Origin: Balneolaceae bacterium
GTDB taxonomy: Bacteria; Bacteroidota; Rhodothermia; Balneolales; Balneolaceae
Reading direction: 5' to 3'
Length of the DNA stretch: 32,000 nucleotides
NCBI GenBank assembly: GCA_017640605.1
Contig: JAEPQH010000020.1
Span: forward strand, 1-32,000
In this document: positions 9,670-16,281 of the stretch, piece by piece
Numbering within the stretch: position 1 is the stretch's first letter
Layout of the letters: every line of letters begins with the position of its first letter
Translations under genes and position numbers: made by a program
The notes under the pieces: model-generated
The model's database searches: none
What the model was told of the DNA's origin: nothing
The model's input: the letters and a program-made list of their open reading frames with translations, nothing else

Positions 9670-10913
9670 TGCAGCCAAAAAATGAAATAATCGGCCGTCT
9701 TTTCAGGCAACAAGCGGGAAAGATGGCCTCTATTTTAATTGGAATGTTTGGATTCCAACATGCTGAACTTATAGAAGATGCCATCCAAGATACTTTTGTA
9801 GCTGCACTAAAAGTTTGGGGGATGAAGGGACTTCCGGAGCATCCCGAAGCTTGGTTAATGAAAGTAGCCAAGCATAAAACTATAAATGAACTGAGGAAAA
9901 AAGGAAGGCATAAAGAGCTAAATAAAGAGTGGAAAATAACCAAAGAAGAGGATGTTCAACTAAACTCTGAAAGTTTTACTGATAAAACTCTGGTGCACAT
10001 AAAGGCACTTTTTGGGTGTTGTAATCCATTACTTTCCCCGAAATCTCAAATAATGATTACGCTAAAGTATGTATGTGGCTTCGGCGATAAAGAGATTGCC
10101 CGTGCATTATTTATGGAGCAAGCTGCAGTTCGAAAGGCAATATATCGGGCAAAGAATGTTTTAAGAGAGCATCAGAATTTTTTACTTGAGTTATCTACGC
10201 AGGAGCTGAAACAACGATTGCCAATTGTTGAAAAAGTTCTGTATCTGATGTTTAATGAGGGATACTCAACCAGCAAGTCTGATTCTGTGTTTGATGCCGA
10301 CCTTAGCTTCGAAGCGCTCCGGCTAATAGATTGGATACTAGAAACAGAAAACCTTTCTGATGCCAGTACACATGCTTTGTATGCGCTGATGTTATTTCAA
10401 TTTTCTCGCTATGAAGCAAGATGTGATAAAAACGGGATACCACTAAGTATTGAAGAACAGAATCGGGAAATGTGGAATAAACAGGTAATAAAGAAAGGAT
10501 TATTTCACCAAAAGAAATCAAGAGAAACGGAAAAGCTGTCGAGGTATCACATCGAATCCGGAATTGCTTCTATCCATAGTACCGCATCCTCATACAATGA
10601 TACGAACTGGGATCAAATAATAACTTTATACCGACAGTTATTGACTTTCGATGACTCTGTATCAGTGAGAACTAATTTGGCTATCGCACTATGCGAACAA
10701 GGAGAAATTGAAGAAAGCCTGAATCTTCTGCATTTGTTGGTTAAATCTGAGCAAAAGAATAATTCGGTTATTTATGCATCTATTGGAAGAGTGTATTCAA
10801 AAAGTGGAGAGATTGAAAAAGCGATATCAAGCTATAATCTAGCCAAGAAACACTGTTCAACAAGATATGAGAGAGCTTTTATTGATAAAAAATTGCTTGA
10901 ATTAACTTATTAA
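9669..10913 (+). CDS. ECF-type sigma-70 family factor with a roughly 240-aa C-terminal helical/TPR-like extension (ECF42-like)
   Basis: 414 aa. Region 2 'EDAIQDTFVAALKVW...EAWLMKVAKHKTINELRK'. Region 4 HTH 'GFGDKEIARALFMEQAAVRKAIYRAKNVL'. A long C-terminal extension ends in TPR-like repeats ('GRVYSKSGEIEKAISSYNLA'). Confidence 0.85.
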   Translation: MQPKNEIIGRLFRQQAGKMASILIGMFGFQHAELIEDAIQDTFVAALKVWGMKGLPEHPEAWLMKVAKHKTINELRKKGRHKELNKEWKITKEEDVQLNSESFTDKTLVHIKALFGCCNPLLSPKSQIMITLKYVCGFGDKEIARALFMEQAAVRKAIYRAKNVLREHQNFLLELSTQELKQRLPIVEKVLYLMFNEGYSTSKSDSVFDADLSFEALRLIDWILETENLSDASTHALYALMLFQFSRYEARCDKNGIPLSIEEQNREMWNKQVIKKGLFHQKKSRETEKLSRYHIESGIASIHSTASSYNDTNWDQIITLYRQLLTFDDSVSVRTNLAIALCEQGEIEESLNLLHLLVKSEQKNNSVIYASIGRVYSKSGEIEKAISSYNLAKKHCSTRYERAFIDKKLLELTY

Positions 10914-11182
10914 TCTACAACTACCCTGAATTAAAGCAGTAAACGTTGATTTACTCAATGAGTAGAAAAAAATGTGGATAATTCAATAAAAGAAGGACGA
11001 AGAGTATATGAAATGATGGTTTAGTGCTCAGATATCGTAAAAAGAAGTAGATTTTTATAGGTATAATTAAGTAGTTTTTTGAATAATAATGTGGAAAACT
11101 CTAAAATTTTCTGCATACTTAGGCTCTTTTCGTAAAAATAAATCAAAACTACAGGCATCAACTTACTCTACAGGGGTTTGAA

Positions 11183-13036
11183 ATGGTTGGGAAAAAACAC
11201 AAATGGCTATTAATACTTACGGTTGCCTTTTTAAGCACTGGTATTATTGCCCAAACATTACCCGGACAGGTAGCAGCTACCGATGTTCAGGAGGAGGCTG
11301 CTAAGTACGAGCAGTATTACGAAGTAATTCTTAACAACGCTTTGTCGGATTATTACCGGCGCGGGACTTTTATAGTTGACGCCAAAGCAACTCTCGAAAG
11401 AGTATTGGTTCCTCGAGGCTACGAAGTAATAGAGGGAGAAGAACCAGTCAGGATCGAAAATTTACCGGGACTTCCTTTTGTCCCCCCAAATCTACAGCGA
11501 TCCACTAATGGTACTACCGACAGCCTAAAGGCATCCGGTTTTGATGCGCGTTTCAGACTGACCCGACTTAATATTAAAGTACTGGTTGATACTTCTTATA
11601 GTGATGAAGATGTCGAGTTTGTTGAAGAAGCTACCTCATTGATTGCTAATGCTGATCCTTTTCGGGGTGATATTGTAACTGTAGAAAAGAAAGTTTTTCC
11701 AAGAAGTGCCCGAGCTATTCAGCAAGATGTTCGAGAACGAGCTGCAAATAATCAGGATGCAGAGAAAGAAGAACCTCAGGTTGAGTTGTTGGAACCGGTA
11801 ACCAATCAACAAGAAAATGCAGAACCCGAAAAAAACATGTTTTTGGGAATCGATTGGAATAATCCGCAACACCTTATCTATGTAATTGCAATTTTAGGGA
11901 TACTATTCCTTATTGCTGTATTGTTCGCTCTGTTGCGAAAGCCATCAAAAAGAGATGAAGAATATAGAATGCCTCCAATGCAAGGGTATGAAGGAATGAT
12001 ACCGGCATCGGCAGCTGATACTAAAAAGGAAGAGCCAAAAGGTCCGGACGCTAAAACTTTGGCACAACACGAAGAAGATAAGACCTACGTAACCAATTCT
12101 TGTATAAGTCATCCGGATATAGTAGCCGACTTAGTAGGGCAATGGATTGCTAGTGATGATGAGCAAGGCATTATACGTTCTGCAAGATCACTTAGCAGCG
12201 TGGATGAGAAATTGATTAACGTGTTGGAACCCCATTTAAAAGTAGAACACTACGAATCGGTTAAATTTGCTATTCAAAATTTAGAGCCTATTCCAATTGA
12301 TGAAAAAATAGAAGAGGTAAAGGCATTGCGACGAAGCATGCAGCAGGTTAATACTAAAAACGGTACTGCTGATTCCGGCTCTAATCTGTTCGATTTTGTA
12401 TATCAATTAACAGACGTTCAATTATTACACTTAATTAAAGAAGAATCGGACGAATTGGTGGCAATTCTGTTAGCACAAATTGCAGGCGAGCGAGCTGGTG
12501 TAATTCTACAGAAAATGGAGGATCAGAAACGGATATCAATCCTTCTTAAAATGGGAAAGATCAATAATATCCCAATATCGGTGTATAAAAAAGTGGCGGC
12601 CCATTTCTCCAATAAAGCCTTGTCGGTTTCGGATATGAAATACGTTGCTGCAGATGGTATCGACTCGATACTTACCACTTTGGAAACAATGCCGCTTTCG
12701 GAACAAGACGATTACGTGCGATCGATAGCCGAACAGGATCTGAATCTGGCAAAGCGTATCAAGAAGTTCTTTATTGGTTTTGATGATCTACCGAAAGTTA
12801 AAGACGAGTTTGTTCAAAGTGCACTGGAGGATATCCAAACAGAAACACTAATTCTGGCACTTAAAACAGCACCAGCTGCAGTGCGAGAAAAGATTCTGAA
12901 AGTGCGTCCGAAACGAGAGCAGCAGCTCATCCTTTCTGAAGTAGATAATCCTGCTGAGGTACCAAAAGCAAGTATTGAAGACGCACAGAAAACAGTATTG
13001 TATGCTGTTCGCCGAAAAATGAAGACTGAGGGCTAA
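11183..13036 (+). CDS. Membrane protein combining an FliF/SctJ-like periplasmic segment, a TM helix and an FliG-like cytoplasmic region (rotor-like fusion)
   Basis: 617 aa.
- Signal/anchor 'WLLILTVAFLSTGIIAQ'.
- Periplasmic aa ~123-173 'RLTRLNIKVLVD...ANADPFRGDIVTVEKKVFP' resembles the C-terminal periplasmic motif of FliF (RLSVAV...RGD..V....F).
- TM helix at aa 231-251 (nt 11873-11935).
- aa ~401-617 align by eye with the Thermotoga/E. coli FliG middle and C-terminal domains ('FFIGFDDLPKVKDEFVQSALEDIQTETLILALKTAPAAVREKILKVRPKREQQLILSEVD...IEDAQKTVLYAVRRK').
- An SD-like AGGGG lies upstream of the ATG. Confidence 0.8.
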   Translation: MVGKKHKWLLILTVAFLSTGIIAQTLPGQVAATDVQEEAAKYEQYYEVILNNALSDYYRRGTFIVDAKATLERVLVPRGYEVIEGEEPVRIENLPGLPFVPPNLQRSTNGTTDSLKASGFDARFRLTRLNIKVLVDTSYSDEDVEFVEEATSLIANADPFRGDIVTVEKKVFPRSARAIQQDVRERAANNQDAEKEEPQVELLEPVTNQQENAEPEKNMFLGIDWNNPQHLIYVIAILGILFLIAVLFALLRKPSKRDEEYRMPPMQGYEGMIPASAADTKKEEPKGPDAKTLAQHEEDKTYVTNSCISHPDIVADLVGQWIASDDEQGIIRSARSLSSVDEKLINVLEPHLKVEHYESVKFAIQNLEPIPIDEKIEEVKALRRSMQQVNTKNGTADSGSNLFDFVYQLTDVQLLHLIKEESDELVAILLAQIAGERAGVILQKMEDQKRISILLKMGKINNIPISVYKKVAAHFSNKALSVSDMKYVAADGIDSILTTLETMPLSEQDDYVRSIAEQDLNLAKRIKKFFIGFDDLPKVKDEFVQSALEDIQTETLILALKTAPAAVREKILKVRPKREQQLILSEVDNPAEVPKASIEDAQKTVLYAVRRKMKTEG

Positions 13037-13038
13037 CT

Positions 13039-14124
13039 ATGAAAAGAATAGCACTGCTTGGTTTTCTGATACTTATAGTTGGTAGGGTAGAAAATTCTCA
13101 GGCACAAACTCATGAAGAAGGTGTGCCCTACCAGATGGAATTGATTACAAATCAGATGGTGGATCAGTTAAACGATATTCCTGCAAACATACGTAGGGTA
13201 GCTGTTTATAAGATGAACTATAACGCCATGCGTTTTACGATGCAGGAAGTAGAATTCATCCGAGGTGAAATAGAATCATCTCTTCGAACTTATGCTGGCC
13301 TAACCGTACTTTCACCTCCTGAACTGGAGCCCAATGATAAAATGAAAATCTTTGGTAGCGACAGTACTCTTCAGATCCTAAATATTCAAGGTAGGTCGTT
13401 AGCTGATGTTTCTCCTGATTTTTTATCCGAAATTACTACAAAATATGGTGTAAATGGATTAATCGAAGTAGGACTACAGCGCCGTAACCCTGACGGCTTG
13501 ATCTTGTCGATACGAATGATGAACCCAAGCTCAAGAGAAATTGTATGGTCAAAAAGTTTTATTGCCAATCCATTTGAAGTGGTTGAGAAAGTAGATAAAG
13601 GCAATACTTTTATTCTTTCCTTTGGTGCCGGTTCGATGCAAACAGATTCTAAATTCAGGGCAGACACTTCTTTTGCCAATCAGGATACTTCGATAAGTAA
13701 TCCAGTGTTAAATTATGGAGCTAATTTCACTTATCGCCAGCCATTAAACAAAGAAAATAGTGCCTACTTAGGTTTTACAGGAGGTATAGATATTTTGCGT
13801 TCTACTCGAGATGAGGATTTTAACCTGATGCTTCTTCAATTGGGTGTTACCTATTATCAGGCATTAACAACCGAAAAGAACGAGGATATTGATGATTATC
13901 GAATGATGGTATTTCTTAATACCAATGTTAAGTTTCCAATTAGCTCAACCAAAGGTGAATTGTTTACTGCAAAGCCGGGTATCATGTTTAATATGAGTAA
14001 AAACCTTGGTTTATCATTTTACACAAGCTTGATTTTATCTGGCGAAGAATTGACGTTAAGCAATAACGATAGAATAACTTACAATAAGGTTGGATATGGT
14101 GTACATGCGGTTGTCAGATTCTAA
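13039..14124 (+). CDS. Secreted envelope protein: periplasmic alpha/beta N-domain plus a probable small outer-membrane beta-barrel
   Basis: 361 aa. Cleavable signal 'LLGFLILIVGRVENSQAQ'. The C-terminal half has alternating hydrophobic beta-strand patterns and ends 'GYGVHAVVRF' (a terminal Phe, typical of OMPs). The start is 2 nt after the upstream stop, with GAGGG upstream. Confidence 0.6.
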   Translation: MKRIALLGFLILIVGRVENSQAQTHEEGVPYQMELITNQMVDQLNDIPANIRRVAVYKMNYNAMRFTMQEVEFIRGEIESSLRTYAGLTVLSPPELEPNDKMKIFGSDSTLQILNIQGRSLADVSPDFLSEITTKYGVNGLIEVGLQRRNPDGLILSIRMMNPSSREIVWSKSFIANPFEVVEKVDKGNTFILSFGAGSMQTDSKFRADTSFANQDTSISNPVLNYGANFTYRQPLNKENSAYLGFTGGIDILRSTRDEDFNLMLLQLGVTYYQALTTEKNEDIDDYRMMVFLNTNVKFPISSTKGELFTAKPGIMFNMSKNLGLSFYTSLILSGEELTLSNNDRITYNKVGYGVHAVVRF

Positions 14125-14716
14125 AATTATACTATTACTCGCGTTGGTAGCATTTGCTGGCTATAGTTGTAAATCAACCGAAGCTGCACAAGAAACTACG
14201 CAACCAACTATGCAGTCCATGACAGATGTTGGAACCACTGAAAGTGCCAATCAAGCTGAAAAAGGAGAAGAACAGGGCAATCCTGTTATAGTAACTTACC
14301 GTAATGCAAGTTCAGCCATACAGATAACTTTAGACCCGAACAAAGATGAGTTTTATCTGGATCTAAAAGGAATGACTCCCACAGAATCCGACTCGATTAT
14401 TGTGGTGGATTCATCAATGGTTAAAAATCGTGCCCGCGATATTCAGTCTTTGTTGTCGAGTTATCGAAAAGCACAGGATTTATTTTATCTGGGGGAATAC
14501 AGAGAAGCTTTAGATGAGGTTGAAAAGACTCTCAAGATTCAAGAAACAGCAGATGCATACGCTCTTAAAGGAACCATCTTTTTCATGATGGAAAACATCA
14601 CAGCAGCGCGGGCAAATTGGAATAAAGCGGTTCAAATGGATCCAAATATTCCGGTGCCTAGCATACCTGAATTAGAAACTTTAATAAACGAACTACGAGA
14701 GGACGGTGGACAATGA
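14105..14716 (+). CDS. TPR-repeat protein, probable lipoprotein
   Basis: About 203 aa counted from ATG 14105 ('MRLSDSKIILLLALVAFAGYSC'; the track ORF starts at 14090). TPR-like repeats 'YRKAQDLFYLGEYREALDEVEKTLKI...AYALKGTIFFMMENITAARANWNKAVQMDP'. The stop overlaps the next start (ATGA). Confidence 0.65.
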   Translation: MRLSDSKIILLLALVAFAGYSCKSTEAAQETTQPTMQSMTDVGTTESANQAEKGEEQGNPVIVTYRNASSAIQITLDPNKDEFYLDLKGMTPTESDSIIVVDSSMVKNRARDIQSLLSSYRKAQDLFYLGEYREALDEVEKTLKIQETADAYALKGTIFFMMENITAARANWNKAVQMDPNIPVPSIPELETLINELREDGGQ

Positions 14717-15531
14717 GGCTTTCGTTAACCAATATACTAGGGGTAATTTTCAGCATTGGCATATTAGTATTCGGAATAACCGAAATAACCAATGTAACAA
14801 CAGTATTAAGCTCAATCCCGGCATTATCGCAATATACATTTTTGAATCTGCCTAGTTTATTTATTGTGATGGGTGGGATTTTAAATGCGGTTTTCATCAC
14901 CTATCAACCAAAATATGTAGGGCAGGCTTTCGCAGGACTTTTTTACCTATTCAGTCAGGCAAAAACTTCGTCAAAAACATTGGAAAATGATTTGGGTGAG
15001 ATGCTGGTGTGGAATGATCAGATCAAAAACGACAGAGTAAATGCACTCTCGAAATTGGAAGACGAACACACAGGAGAAGTCTCAGGTTATTTATTCTCAC
15101 TTATGAGTACCAATTATTCTAATGATGATATCAAATCCTTTGGCTCTAATCACATTGAAGAACAGTATTTTCGCCAACTTGTAGTAGTAGATGTGCTGCG
15201 TGCTATGGGTGCTGCCGCGCCTTCCTTTGGTATGTTTGGTACCTTATTTGGACTGGTAGTTATGCTTGGACAACTCGAAAATCCATCGGGTATGGGGCCT
15301 GGACTTGCAGCTGCTTTAATAACGACTTTATACGGTATTTCGCTTGCACGATTTATTTTTTACCCGATTGCAGAAAAAATTAAAAATGTAGCTCAGCTCA
15401 ATCGATTTCGTGAATACTTTATCCTCGAAGGTGTATTGTTGATTAATGAGAAAAAATCATCGTTTTACATTCAGGATAAGTTGAGCACTTATTTGAGAAG
15501 AGATTTCAAAAATAAGCAAGTAGCAGACTAA
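14713..15531 (+). CDS. motA: MotA/PomA-type stator proton (ion) channel subunit
   Basis: 272 aa. Two N-terminal TM helices, a ~95-aa cytoplasmic loop, then 'AAPSFGMFGTLFGLVVML' and 'GLAAALITTLYGISLARFIFYPIAEKI'. This is the MotA-type TM3/TM4 signature with both conserved prolines, not the ExbB/TolQ pattern. Confidence 0.85.
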   Translation: MRLSLTNILGVIFSIGILVFGITEITNVTTVLSSIPALSQYTFLNLPSLFIVMGGILNAVFITYQPKYVGQAFAGLFYLFSQAKTSSKTLENDLGEMLVWNDQIKNDRVNALSKLEDEHTGEVSGYLFSLMSTNYSNDDIKSFGSNHIEEQYFRQLVVVDVLRAMGAAAPSFGMFGTLFGLVVMLGQLENPSGMGPGLAAALITTLYGISLARFIFYPIAEKIKNVAQLNRFREYFILEGVLLINEKKSSFYIQDKLSTYLRRDFKNKQVAD

Positions 15532-15543
15532 GGGAGGCTTCCG

Positions 15544-16236
15544 GTGATTAAGCGCGAATACGGCGGGAATTCAGATATTCAGGAAGAACATATTGAGGAT
15601 CAGGAATGGTTGCTCACATATAGTGATATGATCACCCTGTTGCTTGCATTTTTCGCAATGCTTATTGCCGTTTCTTACGTTGATTTAAATCTGTGGGAGC
15701 AAATGAAGCAAGGACTACGGTCAGAAATATCTAAACAAGAGGATGTTCGTACCCCACTAGCTGAAGTAAAAGCAGATTTGGATTCCCTACTGGCTGAAGA
15801 AAAATCACAAGGCTTAGTAGATATTACACTCGACCGTGACGGTATAAAATTATTCTTTTCTAGTAGCTCGTTTTATCAATCGGGTGAAGCTCAATTATTA
15901 CCGACCGGCCAGAGAATTATCGACAAAGTAACACAAGCCATGAACGCGCTGGATTTCTACAAATTTAATGTAGATGTAGAAGGACATACAGACAATGTTC
16001 CCATCAACACGCCAATATATCCGTCGAACTGGGAATTGTCGGTGGCAAGAGCCTCCGGTGTGGTAAAATATTTTATTGAAGAAGGTATTGAAGCAGAACG
16101 ACTTAAAGCGTCGGGCTATGCCGATACCAAGCCGGTAGTGCCACATGTGGATGAAGAAGGCAGGAATATTATTGAGAACAGAGCCCTCAACAGAAGAATT
16201 GTTGTACGTATTTATTATCAATTGGCAACAAACTGA
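15544..16236 (+). CDS. motB: MotB-type stator subunit with an OmpA-like peptidoglycan-binding domain
   Basis: 230 aa. GTG start preceded by GGGAGG at a 6-nt spacing. 'WLLTYSDMITLLLAFFAML' is the MotB TM/plug signature with the channel Asp. The C-terminus has 'GHTDNVPI...NWELSVARA...GYADTKPV...NRRIVV' (OmpA family). Confidence 0.88.
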   Translation: MIKREYGGNSDIQEEHIEDQEWLLTYSDMITLLLAFFAMLIAVSYVDLNLWEQMKQGLRSEISKQEDVRTPLAEVKADLDSLLAEEKSQGLVDITLDRDGIKLFFSSSSFYQSGEAQLLPTGQRIIDKVTQAMNALDFYKFNVDVEGHTDNVPINTPIYPSNWELSVARASGVVKYFIEEGIEAERLKASGYADTKPVVPHVDEEGRNIIENRALNRRIVVRIYYQLATN

Positions 16237-16259
16237 TTTTTTAGGCACTAATCCGACAG

Positions 16260-16278
16260 TGCTTCAGTTATTGAAGCA
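16260..16278 (+). promoter_or_regulatory. Stem-loop ending 3 nt upstream of the start codon of the outer-membrane barrel gene
   Basis: TGCTTCA-GTTAT-TGAAGCA (perfect 7-bp stem). No T-run follows. The ATG at 16282 begins 3 nt after the stem. Confidence 0.4.
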
Positions 16279-16281
16279 AAA

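Noticed and set aside
12383-13033. The FliG-like region could instead be an MgtE_N-type domain, which has a structurally related superhelix.
   Set aside because: - The by-eye alignment to FliG extends through both the middle and C-terminal domains with many identities ('LALK.A....EKI.K...KR').
- No MgtE CBS or TM module follows.
- A profile search is still needed and is listed as a refutation test.
14713-16236. Reading the MotA/MotB pair as ExbB/ExbD or TolQ/TolR serving the adjacent TonB-dependent-type barrel, or as a Zorya ZorAB anti-phage module.
   Set aside because: - The B subunit has a MotB plug and an OmpA peptidoglycan-binding domain, which ExbD/TolR lack.
- No TonB or TolA gene is nearby.
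- The A subunit is 272 aa without the long ZorA tail, and there are no ZorC/D-like genes.
- A Ton-like energising role is kept as a hypothesis in the findings.
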